Source: an uncultured Oscillospiraceae bacterium (lineage in GTDB: Bacteria > Bacillota > Clostridia > Oscillospirales > Oscillospiraceae). From it: a stretch of 64,000 bases of DNA. Each line of letters starts with the position of its first letter. The stretch's first letter is position 1. Positions 47,212 through 56,415 of this stretch are shown one piece after another. Position numbers and translations under genes: made by a program. The DNA is taken from positions 33,861-97,860 of the forward strand of contig CABSMJ010000009.1 in assembly GCA_902478785.1 (NCBI GenBank), in the 5' to 3' direction. The notes below the pieces were generated by a model, which was given only the letters and a program-made list of their open reading frames with translations, searched no databases and had not been told where the DNA came from.

Positions 47212-48982
47212 GACACCGCAGATCATGCCCCAGGAGCCCCTGCCTGAGGTCAAGGCGCCCTGGCTCAAGAGCTATGACGAGGAGGTCCCGGCCCACCTGA
47301 ACTACTCCACCAAAACCATGGAGGAGGCCCTGGAGGATACGGCCCGGCACCATGGCGACCTGATCGCCTACGACTATATGGGCAGCCACTGCACCTATCG
47401 GGAGCTGGTGGAGAAGGTCCATCAGTGCGCCCGAGCCCTGAAGGCCATGGGCATCCGGGAGGGGGACCGGGTGACCATCTGCATGCCCAACTGTCCCCAG
47501 ACCCTCATCATGTTCTACGCGGTGAATCTGGTAGGCGCGGTGTCCAATATGGTCCATCCCCTCTCCGCTGAGAGTGAGATCGCCTTTTATCTGCGGGATT
47601 CTGCCTCTGTGGCTGCCATCACACTGGACCAGTTCTATCCCAAATTCGCCAGGATCCGCCGGGTGGTGGACCTGCCCAACCTGATCGTTACCTCTGCTGC
47701 CGATGAGCTCTCCGCCCCGGTCCGGGCCGGCTATTATATTAAGGAGGGCCACAAGATCAAGCCCATCCCCAAGCGGGCCAACGTGCTCCAGTGGAAGGAT
47801 TTCCTCCGCCGGGGAGACTACATCGACATCTATAAGGTCAACCGCCACGCCGACGACCCGGCGGTGATCCTCTATTCCGGCGGTACCACCGGCACCACCA
47901 AGGGTATTTTGCTCACCAATCTGAACTTCAATGCCCTGGGTGCCCAGATTATCGCCACCAATCCTTTCTTCCGTCCCGGGGACAAGATGCTGGCCATCAT
48001 GCCCATGTTCCACGGCTTCGGCCTGGGCGTGTCCATCCACTCCATGATGTGGAGCGGCGGCCGTTGCATCCTGATCCCCCGCTTCACGCCGGAGTCCTAT
48101 GCGGATCTGCTGCGCAAGTACCGGCCCAATCTGATCGCCGGTGTGCCGTCCCTGTTCGAGGCGTTGCTGCGGGTGAAGAAGATGGACGGGGTGGACCTGA
48201 GCTGCCTCAAGGGTGTGTTCTCCGGCGGCGACTCGCTGTCTGTGGAGCTGAAAAAGCGGCTGGACGCCTTCCTGGAGGCCCACGGCGCCTCCGTCCAGGT
48301 GCGAGAGGGCTACGGCACCACCGAGTGCGTCACCGCCAGCTGCCTCACCCCCATGCACCAGGCACGGGAGGGCTCCATCGGCCTGCCCTTCCCGGATATG
48401 TACTATAAGATCGTCAAGGTGGGCACCGAAGAGGAGGTCCCCTACGGCCAGGAGGGCGAGATCTGCATCTCCGGCCCCACGGTCATGCGGGAGTACGTCA
48501 ACCATCCCGAGGAGACCGCCGACACCCTCCGTGTCCACGCCGACGGCCGGACCTGGGTCCACACCGGTGATCTGGGGTTGATGGACTCCGACGGCTTCGT
48601 CTACTTCCGCCAGCGTATCAAGCGGATGATCGTCACCAATGGCTACAATGTCTATCCCTCCCAGCTGGAAAACGTGCTGGACGGCCACGAGTATGTGCAG
48701 ATCAGCTGTGTCATCGGCGTGCCGGACCCCATCAAGATCCAGAGGGTGAAGGCCTTCGTGGTGCTCAAACCCGGCTATCAGCCCACCGAGGCCTGCCGCC
48801 AGGCTCTGCTGGCCCACTGCCGCAAGCACATCGCCAAGTATGCCATCCCCAGCGAGATCGAGTTCCGGGAGGAACTGCCCAAGACGTTGGTGGGCAAGGT
48901 GGCCTACCGGAAGCTGGAGGAAGAGGAGGCCGCCCGCCGGGAGGCCGAGGCAAAGGACGAACCCCAGGAGGAGACCACCTGA
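47204..48982 (+). CDS. Long-chain acyl-CoA ligase (class I adenylate-forming enzyme)
   Basis: YSGGTTGTTKG, EGYGTTE, HTGDLG, RIKRMI...GYNVYP, PKTLVGKV. Confidence 0.94.
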   Translation: MSKTPQIMPQEPLPEVKAPWLKSYDEEVPAHLNYSTKTMEEALEDTARHHGDLIAYDYMGSHCTYRELVEKVHQCARALKAMGIREGDRVTICMPNCPQTLIMFYAVNLVGAVSNMVHPLSAESEIAFYLRDSASVAAITLDQFYPKFARIRRVVDLPNLIVTSAADELSAPVRAGYYIKEGHKIKPIPKRANVLQWKDFLRRGDYIDIYKVNRHADDPAVILYSGGTTGTTKGILLTNLNFNALGAQIIATNPFFRPGDKMLAIMPMFHGFGLGVSIHSMMWSGGRCILIPRFTPESYADLLRKYRPNLIAGVPSLFEALLRVKKMDGVDLSCLKGVFSGGDSLSVELKKRLDAFLEAHGASVQVREGYGTTECVTASCLTPMHQAREGSIGLPFPDMYYKIVKVGTEEEVPYGQEGEICISGPTVMREYVNHPEETADTLRVHADGRTWVHTGDLGLMDSDGFVYFRQRIKRMIVTNGYNVYPSQLENVLDGHEYVQISCVIGVPDPIKIQRVKAFVVLKPGYQPTEACRQALLAHCRKHIAKYAIPSEIEFREELPKTLVGKVAYRKLEEEEAARREAEAKDEPQEETT

Positions 48983-49114
48983 AAACGCTCTGTAAGAGCG
49001 GAAAAATAGAGCCCAAAGGGCCCGGAAAGCTTTTGCTTTCCGGGCCCTTTTCTATTTCTGCCAGCAAAAGCGGCACAAAAAAATCCCGCCGCGAAGGCGG
49101 CGGGAAGGGGGGAA

Positions 49115-50533
49115 TCAGGTGTTGTCCCGGCTGATGGGGACCCGGGTCAGCAGCCGGCGCAGGGCTGAGGGGTTGAAGGGGATCAGGGGATAGAGGTAGC
49201 CCTTTCCGGCGATGGGCTTGGTGGTGGCCAGGAGGAGAATGGACAAAACCAGCCCGATCACGAAGCCCCACCACTCCAGCACCGCGATGAAGATCAAAAG
49301 CAGCATCCGCTGGAGTTTGAAGGCGTAGCCCAGTTCAAAGCTGGGCTGGGCGAAGGTGGCAATAGAGACAAAGGCCATATAGACCAGCACCTCCGGTACC
49401 AGCCATCTGGCCTGGACTGCGAAGTCGCCCAGGATTAGGGCCCCCAGCATGGAAAAGGAGTTGGACAAGGAATCTGGGGTGTTCAGGGAGGCCAGCTTCA
49501 GCAGGTCCACCAAAAACTCCACGATGAGAAGCTGCAATAAAAGAGGCACGCCGCTCTCCTCCTTGACCAAGAGGAATTCCAGCCAGGGCGGGATGGTACC
49601 CGGATAGCTGGCCAGAAGATACCACAAAGGCGTGATGATGAGAGAGAGGAAGAACACCAGCATCCGCACCATGCGCAGATAGGAGCCGATGAGGGGCGGG
49701 AAGTAGTAGTCGTTGGCCTCCTGCATGAAGTCGAAAAAGGTGGTGGGCAGGAGCATCACCGCCGGAGAGTTGTCCACCAACAGCAAAAGGTTTCCCTCCA
49801 TGACGCTGGCGGTGGCCACGTCCGGCCGCTCGGTGTAGCGGACCTTGGGGAAGGGATTGAACCACTGGCGGCTCATCATGGCCTCGGCCACGCTCTCGTG
49901 GCTCATGGACACGGAGTTCACGTCCAGGTGCGTTACCTTCTGCCGCACCTGCTCCAGCAGCTTCTTGTCCACCCGGTCGTCCAGATAGCACAGCACGATA
50001 TCGGTCTTGGACCGGCCGCCCACCTTGTGGCTCTCCATGGTCAGATGGGGGTCCCGGATGCGGCGGCGGATGAGGGCGGTGTTGTGGAGCAGCGTCTCCA
50101 CAAAGCCGTCGTGAGAGCCCCGGAGGACCTTGCCGTCTGCCGGCTCCTCTACGCCCCGGGCGGGGTACTGCTTGGCGTCTATGAGGGCCGCCTCCGGGAT
50201 GTTCTCCACCAAAAGCAGCGTCTTGCCCATGAGCACGCTGGTGACGATGTCCTCTGGGTCACTGCTGGTGTTCACCTCGGAGAAGGTGACAAAGCGGTCA
50301 ATAAAGGTCTGCATGTCCGTGATGTCCTGAACCTGCTGGGGCTGCAGGGACAGCCAAAAGGCGTTCATCCGCTCCAGAACGGAGTCGTCTCCGTAGCCGT
50401 CCAGCACCCATATCCGGGCCTTGCGCCCGCCGATGCACAGGTCCCGGGAGATGAGGTCATAGTTCCGTCCCACGCCCAGCACCTGGTTAAAGTGCTTGCA
50501 GTCCTGGTCAAACTGGTGGGAGAGCTGTTCCAT
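49115..50533 (-). CDS. GerA/SpoVAF-family spore germination protein
   Basis: RGVEEP..KVLRGSHDGFVE, NTALIRRRI, PFPKVRYTERPD, ILGDFAV, QPSFELGYA. Confidence 0.92.
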   Translation of the reverse strand: MEQLSHQFDQDCKHFNQVLGVGRNYDLISRDLCIGGRKARIWVLDGYGDDSVLERMNAFWLSLQPQQVQDITDMQTFIDRFVTFSEVNTSSDPEDIVTSVLMGKTLLLVENIPEAALIDAKQYPARGVEEPADGKVLRGSHDGFVETLLHNTALIRRRIRDPHLTMESHKVGGRSKTDIVLCYLDDRVDKKLLEQVRQKVTHLDVNSVSMSHESVAEAMMSRQWFNPFPKVRYTERPDVATASVMEGNLLLLVDNSPAVMLLPTTFFDFMQEANDYYFPPLIGSYLRMVRMLVFFLSLIITPLWYLLASYPGTIPPWLEFLLVKEESGVPLLLQLLIVEFLVDLLKLASLNTPDSLSNSFSMLGALILGDFAVQARWLVPEVLVYMAFVSIATFAQPSFELGYAFKLQRMLLLIFIAVLEWWGFVIGLVLSILLLATTKPIAGKGYLYPLIPFNPSALRRLLTRVPISRDNT

Positions 50534-50571
50534 AGCGTTCCTCCTTGTTCCAAAGGATGTTTCATCAGGGC

Positions 50572-50600
50572 TATTATGGACCAAAGGTGGAAAACTATGC
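50572..50600 (-). promoter_or_regulatory. Sigma-G (forespore) promoter
   Basis: Minus strand GCATA-N17-CATAATA. Confidence 0.75.
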
Positions 50601-50646
50601 AGCAAAAAAGGCGGCGGTCCCTTGGGACCGCCGCCGAAAAGCGTCT

Positions 50647-52053
50647 TTAGACCAGCTTTTGGAAATAGTAGAAGGTGTCATCCTCGCCGTTGGGGCGCAT
50701 GCAGGAGGAGAGCATCTTTCGGGAGGCCTCGTTCTCCTTGTAGCATTTGGCCACCACCCTTGTCAGGTGGACCTTGTACAGCGCCCAGTCCGCCACTGCG
50801 GCAAAGGCCTCGGTGCCGTAGCCGTTTCCGGCATACTCCGGGGCGATGCGGCAGCCCAGCTCGGCGCCGCCCTTGTAGTCAAAGCGGTAGAGCACCGCCT
50901 CGCCGATGCACTTGCCGTCCAGCCGGACGGCGAAGTTGATGGCCAGGCGTTTGGCAAAATCCTCCCGGGTGATACGCAAAAAGGTCTCCCGGCAGGGATT
51001 GGGGCCGGCGCCGGCGATGTCGTCATAGCCCCACCAGCGGTTGCGCTCCCGGTCGGTGCACAGGGCGTAGTAGGCGTCGGCATCGGCGTCGGTGAGGGCG
51101 TCCAGGGTCAGGCGCTCAGTGGTCAGGGTGGGGATCTGAGGCACATGGGCGCCCAGTTCGTTCTGGGCCCGGAAGCGGAACTTGGGGGCGATGCGGGCAG
51201 GCAGATACTGGAGCTTGGAGGTCCGCAGGCCCTTGTCCGCCGCGTCGTCCTCCCGGTTGATCCACAAGACGTCGGTGGCAAAGGCCTGGGCCGCGGCCTG
51301 GACCGTGGCGGGGTAGACACCGGGATAGCCATAGAGGGCCTTTTCGATGTGGATAATCAGGGTGTCGCCGCACTTTTCCGTCAGGGTCAGGGAGACAAGC
51401 TTTCCCTGGTGCATCATGCCGCCCACCCGGAACCAGGGCCGGCCCACCTGATTCAGCAGCTTCTTGGCAAAGGACAGCTCCCGCCGGGCCATGGCGCTGG
51501 TCTTGGTAAAGACCTGATCGTATTCGTCCCAGAAGGCCTGGATCAGGGGCTTGTCCTCCGCACCCAGCACCCGGAAGGAGGCGTCGGGGCAGGCGGCGCG
51601 GAACTTGTTGATGTGGTTGCGCTGGCCGGAATAGCGCCGGCCGGCAAAGGTACGCATATCTTCGGCGGCATACACATAGTCTCTCCAGGTGCGCACGGAG
51701 CTGACCTGAGCGTACATATAGCGGCTGAGCAGGTGGGAGGCCTGGGACTCAGGCACCACGGACAGCACCGGGGGAATGCCCTCCTGGATGCACCAGTCGT
51801 CAATGGCGTCCAGGGCCGCATCCACGTCGCCCTGCGGGCCGGGAACCGGGTAGTCGAACACTGTCTCCTCGCCAAAGACGTTGCGGACGATGAGGCAGCC
51901 GGCTGCCTCTGCCCAGGCCGGATGCAGCGTGCGGTTCCACATGAGCTTGGTGCCGGCGGAGTATTCACAAAGGCCGTAATTGCAGTCGCGATAATAGCGG
52001 CGCAGCTTGGCGCCGTCCCGTATGGTGACGGGCTTGAATTCCAGTGTACTCAC
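50647..52053 (-). CDS. DUF2156 (aminoacyl-phosphatidylglycerol synthase C-terminal-like) domain fused to a RimJ/RimL GNAT
   Basis: DYVY...FAGRRY..QRNHINKF, IHIEKA, INREDD...GLR.SK..Y.P; then TERL.L, ELG..IAPEY.GNGYGTEA, NEAS. Confidence 0.85.
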   Translation of the reverse strand: MSTLEFKPVTIRDGAKLRRYYRDCNYGLCEYSAGTKLMWNRTLHPAWAEAAGCLIVRNVFGEETVFDYPVPGPQGDVDAALDAIDDWCIQEGIPPVLSVVPESQASHLLSRYMYAQVSSVRTWRDYVYAAEDMRTFAGRRYSGQRNHINKFRAACPDASFRVLGAEDKPLIQAFWDEYDQVFTKTSAMARRELSFAKKLLNQVGRPWFRVGGMMHQGKLVSLTLTEKCGDTLIIHIEKALYGYPGVYPATVQAAAQAFATDVLWINREDDAADKGLRTSKLQYLPARIAPKFRFRAQNELGAHVPQIPTLTTERLTLDALTDADADAYYALCTDRERNRWWGYDDIAGAGPNPCRETFLRITREDFAKRLAINFAVRLDGKCIGEAVLYRFDYKGGAELGCRIAPEYAGNGYGTEAFAAVADWALYKVHLTRVVAKCYKENEASRKMLSSCMRPNGEDDTFYYFQKLV

Positions 52054-52074
52054 TTTTATATCTCTCCGTAATTT

Positions 52075-52980
52075 TTATTTGGAAGGCTCCGTGTTTTGAA
52101 AGCCCTGAATTGTGTCAACAGCGTAGCGGATAAATTTGCGCAGGGTGGAGCTGTACTCCCGGGAGGTCAAAGTCAGGATGCCCAGTTCACGGCTGGCTGC
52201 CGGTGCCACCGGAAGCGTCAGCACATTTTCGCTGGTCCCCTCCAGCACCAGCTCCGTCAGCATGGATACCCCCAGCCCATGGGCCACCAGGGTGATGACC
52301 GTCAGGTCGTCCATGGCGGAGGGGCGGATGTCCGGGCGAATGCCCCGCTCCTCCATGACCTCCAGAATGGCCGGGTCAAAACCCTGGGCGGAGATCAGAA
52401 ATTCCTTGTTGGTAAATTCCCACAGAGGGAGGACCGTCCGCCCATTGAGGGGATAGTCGGGGGGCAGAACGGCCAGCAGCGGGTCATCCTTGAGGTGCAG
52501 CCAGTTGAACTGGGGGGAGGAGAGGTTTTTGGGGCGTCCTCCGATGCCCAGGTCCACCTGGTCCCCCAGCAGCATGGACCGCAGCTCCTGGGCCCCGTTG
52601 GCCAGATGGATGTCCACCTGTACGCCGGGATGATCGCTGCGGAACTGCTGCACGATGGGCGGCAGCCAGTGGACAGCCACGCTGGCATAGGCTCCAATGC
52701 GGATGGTCTCCGCCTTGGCCTCCCGGACCACGGCGATCTCCCGCTCCAGCCGGGCGGCTGCCTGGGTGAATTTGCGGACGGCCGGAAGCAGTTTTTCCGC
52801 CTCAGGCGTCAGCTTTACTCCATAGTGTCCCCGGGTCAGCAACGCAATACCGGACTCCTTTTCCAGGCTATTCATCATGTGGGTCAGCCCTGACTGGGTA
52901 TAGCCCAGCGTGTCCGCAGCATGGGTAAAACTACCAGCTTCCACGGCCGTGAGCAGTGCACTCCACTTCTTACTGTCCAC
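52075..52980 (-). CDS. LysR-family transcriptional regulator
   Basis: GSFTHAADTLGYTQSGLTHMMNSLEKE..LL.R HTH; GTG start after GGAGGT. Confidence 0.94.
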   Translation of the reverse strand: MDSKKWSALLTAVEAGSFTHAADTLGYTQSGLTHMMNSLEKESGIALLTRGHYGVKLTPEAEKLLPAVRKFTQAAARLEREIAVVREAKAETIRIGAYASVAVHWLPPIVQQFRSDHPGVQVDIHLANGAQELRSMLLGDQVDLGIGGRPKNLSSPQFNWLHLKDDPLLAVLPPDYPLNGRTVLPLWEFTNKEFLISAQGFDPAILEVMEERGIRPDIRPSAMDDLTVITLVAHGLGVSMLTELVLEGTSENVLTLPVAPAASRELGILTLTSREYSSTLRKFIRYAVDTIQGFQNTEPSK

Positions 52981-52997
52981 GCGATCACCTCCCAATT

Positions 52998-53020
52998 AAC
53001 TATGAGGTTTCCTAATAGTT
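52998..53020. promoter_or_regulatory. LysR-type operator between divergent lysR and NSS transporter genes
   Basis: Palindrome AACTAT-GAGGTTTCCTA-ATAGTT containing T-N11-A; transporter promoter TTGACT-N17-TATATT at 53038-53066. Confidence 0.65.
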
Positions 53021-53123
53021 CCATTATAATCCGTCGCTTGACTATTCACAAGGTGGGGATTATATTTTTTATACAGAGTAGCAAAAAGAAGAGAGAAAAT
53101 TTATGCAAAAAGGAGAGGAGAGC

Positions 53124-54632
53124 ATGGAGCAGAATCATAGAGGTGCATGGGCCAGCAACATTGGTTTTCTGATGGCGGCCATTGGCTCCGCCGTCGGCCT
53201 GGGAAACATCTGGGGCTTCCCCTATAAAATGGGCAAGTCCGGAGGATTTACCTTCCTGATCGCGTACCTGGCTCTGGCCATTTTCGTTGGCTTCATCGTC
53301 ATGGTCAGCGAGCTTGCCATGGGCCGCAAGGTGGGCAAAGGTGTCATCGGCTGCTATCACACTCTGTCGAAAAAGTTCAAATGGGTGGGATGGCTGGCGG
53401 TGTTCGCGCCCTTTATCATTATGAGCTTTTATTCCGTTCTGGGCGGCTACTGCATTGAGTACATGGCCCTGAACATGGGCAACCTGGCCTTTGCCGGCGC
53501 GGAGATCAAAACCGGCACAGACCTCTTCAGTGCCATGCTGACCAACCAGTTTGGCTGCGTGGTCTTCACACTGCTGTTCATCGTGATCTGCTACCTCATC
53601 AACCGGGGCGGCATCTCCGGTGGTATTGAGAAGTTCAATAAGGTCGGTATGCCGGCGCTGTTTGTCATGCTGGTGATCATCATTGCCCGTTCCCTGACTC
53701 TGGACGGCGCGGTGGAAGGCCTCAAGTTCATGTTCGTCCCCGGCTATGCCGTCAAGGCGGGCTTCATCCCTGAGGCACCCAACTTCCTCACGGTCCTGGC
53801 CACTGCCGGCGGCCAGATGTTCTTCTCGCTGTCCCTGGCCATGGGCGTCATGTTTACTTACGGTTCCTATCTGGATAAGAAGGAGAATCTGGTGCGCAAT
53901 TCCACCGTCATCGTGGTGGCGGATACCATCGTGGCTCTGATGGCCGGCCTAGCCGTGATCCCTGCCGCCGTGGCCAACGGCCTCACCAGCATCAACGCCG
54001 GCGCCACCGTCATCGACGCTGCCACTGGTGTGGAGCGGGCCATGACCCTGGGCGACATCAAGCTCAACGGCCCCAGCCTGCTGTTCGTCACGCTGCAGGA
54101 TGTGTTCAATGCCATGGGCAGCATCGGTCCCCTCTTCGGTGTCATCTTCTACCTGCTGGTGTTGATTGCCGCTATCTCCTCCGCCATCTCCCTGGTGGAG
54201 GTTATCGCCACCTTCTTCCTGGATCGCGCCGCTGAGAAGGGCAAGAAGGGTAACCGCCAGAAGATCGTCCTCATTGTCTGCCTGGCCATCCTGGTGGAGG
54301 CCACGCTGGTGGCGGTGGACGGCCTGGGCAACAACGGCCTGTGGGTCCCCGGCCAGGCCACCTTCGGCGTCCATGGCTGGAACGACTGCTGGCTGGACTT
54401 CATGGATATGATGTCCGAGGGCATCGCCATGCCCCTTGGCGCACTGCTCATGAGCCTGATGGTGGGCTATGAGATCAAGCCCAGCGTGGTGCTGGATGAG
54501 GTCCACTTGAGCAGCAGGGCCAGGATCGACGGGTTCTATAAACTCTGCGTCAAGGTCATCACGCCCATCGGCATGGTCCTGGTGCTCCTGGGCCAGCTCA
54601 ACGATTTCGGCTTCATCAGCATCTTCGGCTGA
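53124..54632 (+). CDS. Sodium-dependent transporter, NSS/SNF (LeuT-like) family
   Basis: GSAVGLGNIWGFPY, GQMFFSLSL..G...TYGSY, GPSLLF. Confidence 0.95.
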   Translation: MEQNHRGAWASNIGFLMAAIGSAVGLGNIWGFPYKMGKSGGFTFLIAYLALAIFVGFIVMVSELAMGRKVGKGVIGCYHTLSKKFKWVGWLAVFAPFIIMSFYSVLGGYCIEYMALNMGNLAFAGAEIKTGTDLFSAMLTNQFGCVVFTLLFIVICYLINRGGISGGIEKFNKVGMPALFVMLVIIIARSLTLDGAVEGLKFMFVPGYAVKAGFIPEAPNFLTVLATAGGQMFFSLSLAMGVMFTYGSYLDKKENLVRNSTVIVVADTIVALMAGLAVIPAAVANGLTSINAGATVIDAATGVERAMTLGDIKLNGPSLLFVTLQDVFNAMGSIGPLFGVIFYLLVLIAAISSAISLVEVIATFFLDRAAEKGKKGNRQKIVLIVCLAILVEATLVAVDGLGNNGLWVPGQATFGVHGWNDCWLDFMDMMSEGIAMPLGALLMSLMVGYEIKPSVVLDEVHLSSRARIDGFYKLCVKVITPIGMVLVLLGQLNDFGFISIFG

Positions 54633-54851
54633 TCTCTGAAAAAGCAATCAAAAAGAGATCATATATAGAAACGGGACCGCCCTACCAGGGCGGTCCCGTT
54701 TTTGGGGAGAAGCCCGGTGGAGACGGAAATTTTCTGGAAGATGCCTCCTATCATACCTGCCGGCGTCCAAAAAAGCAAGCGCAATTTCCACGAAAACAGT
54801 CGGAAAAAGGAGAAAAAAGGCCGGAGGGGAGTGCTCCCCTCCGGTTTTGAT

Positions 54852-55265
54852 TTACTCCAGGTCCACCTTGATGTGGTCTGTTCCGTTCTCGTCAAATTCG
54901 TCCAGGTACTGGTCGATTCGGTCCATCAGGTCGTCGTAATTCTCCCGGGTCAGGGGCTCTCCGTCCATATCCCGCAGGGCCAGCTCCTCCGCCAGGATCT
55001 CAAAGAAGGCCACATCCTCGTAGGCGGCAATGGCCTCGTGGATGCCGCCCTCGGCGAAGGCCCGGGAGGGAATGATCTCTCCGTCCAGGATCTCGATGAG
55101 CTTGCTCATCTTCCGGTCCCTGGCGCAGTGGGAGAAGATCAGGCTCTCCACCCCGTCGTATTCCTTGATGCGGTCCGACTCCCGGGTGGAGTTGATGACC
55201 CAGTTGCCTATGTACACCAGGTCCAGCAGATAGCGATATTGCTTGTCGGTCAGTTTGATTTCCAT
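54852..55265 (-). CDS. Acidic hypothetical protein (137 aa)
   Basis: RBS GGAGGT, host-like codon usage, downstream hairpin; no family recognised. Confidence 0.8.
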   Translation of the reverse strand: MEIKLTDKQYRYLLDLVYIGNWVINSTRESDRIKEYDGVESLIFSHCARDRKMSKLIEILDGEIIPSRAFAEGGIHEAIAAYEDVAFFEILAEELALRDMDGEPLTRENYDDLMDRIDQYLDEFDENGTDHIKVDLE

Positions 55266-55404
55266 ACCGGCACCTCCTGTCTGATCCAATATGCAATATG
55301 GAAATGAGACGGCCGCAGGCGGGGGCCGTTTAACAGGACCTATTATAGCAAAGCTCCCTGCAAAATGCCACATAAAAAAGTGGGGAAAAAGCCTAAAATC
55401 TGAC

Positions 55405-55433
55405 TTGCCTGGAAGGAAGGGACATAGTATAAT
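55405..55433 (+). promoter_or_regulatory. Sigma-A promoter of murI
   Basis: TTGCCT-N17-TATAAT. Confidence 0.7.
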
Positions 55434-55599
55434 AAATAAATTAGAGTGAAATCCTTCCAAAAGGGGGGATAGGGAGGAAAAAGCGGTAGAATTCGCCGCC
55501 TTTTGCTCTCCGCACTCCGCCCCGCGGCCCGGGAGGGAAGCTCCCACCGACGGAGGGGTGATTTGACTTACGCGCCGGAAAGGCGCAGGGAGGATTCCT

Positions 55600-56415
55600 A
55601 TGGATAACCGACCCATTGGCGTATTTGACTCGGGCCTGGGCGGACTGACGGCGGTGCGGGCACTGCGCCGCCTGCTGCCGTCGGAGGACCTGATCTACTT
55701 TGGTGACACGTCCCGGGTGCCCTACGGCGGGCGCTCCCGGGAGACCATTCTGAAATATGCCCGCCAGGATATGCGCTTTCTGCGCTCCTTCGACCTCAAG
55801 GCCATTCTGATCGCCTGCGGCACTGTGTCCACCACCTCGCTGCCCACGCTGCAGCGGGAAAACGATCTGCCTATGGTGGGCGTGGTGGAGCCCACCTGCC
55901 GCCGGGCGGTGGACATGACGGCCAATAAGAAGGTGGGCCTCATCGCCACGCTGGCCTCGGTGCGCAGCGGCGTCTATGAAAAGACCATCGCCGCTTTGGA
56001 CCCGGAGATCCAGGTCTATGCCAAGGCCTGCCCTCTGTTCGTGCCCCTGGTGGAAAACGGCCGCTTCCAGCCCGGAGACCCGGTCATCGAGATCGTGGCC
56101 CGGGAGTATCTGGAGGAGATGCGCAGCACGGACATGGACACGTTGATTCTGGGCTGCACCCACTATCCGCTGCTGACGGACATCATCGGCCGGATCATGG
56201 GGCCCGGGGTGACGCTGATCTCCGCGGGAGAGGAGTCAGCCTATGAGCTCAAGCGGACGCTGAAAGCTCAGGATTTGCTGGCGGACCCCAGCCGCAGCGG
56301 AGACGCTACCTATTATGTCAGCGACCGGGTGGAGGATTTTGAGAAGATCGCCGCCTGGTTCCTCCAGGAGGATCTGCATCATGAAGCCAATCAAATCGAT
56401 ATCGACCGCTACTGA
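55600..56415 (+). CDS. murI: Glutamate racemase
   Basis: IGVFDSGLGGLT, DTSRVPYG, IACGT, ILGCTHYP. Confidence 0.97.
   Translation: MDNRPIGVFDSGLGGLTAVRALRRLLPSEDLIYFGDTSRVPYGGRSRETILKYARQDMRFLRSFDLKAILIACGTVSTTSLPTLQRENDLPMVGVVEPTCRRAVDMTANKKVGLIATLASVRSGVYEKTIAALDPEIQVYAKACPLFVPLVENGRFQPGDPVIEIVAREYLEEMRSTDMDTLILGCTHYPLLTDIIGRIMGPGVTLISAGEESAYELKRTLKAQDLLADPSRSGDATYYVSDRVEDFEKIAAWFLQEDLHHEANQIDIDRY

Noticed and set aside
56381..56415. 35-nt overlap between murI and DUF1934 as possible frameshifting
   Set aside because: DUF1934 has its own RBS (AGGAGG) and ATG and no slippery sequence; simple overlap
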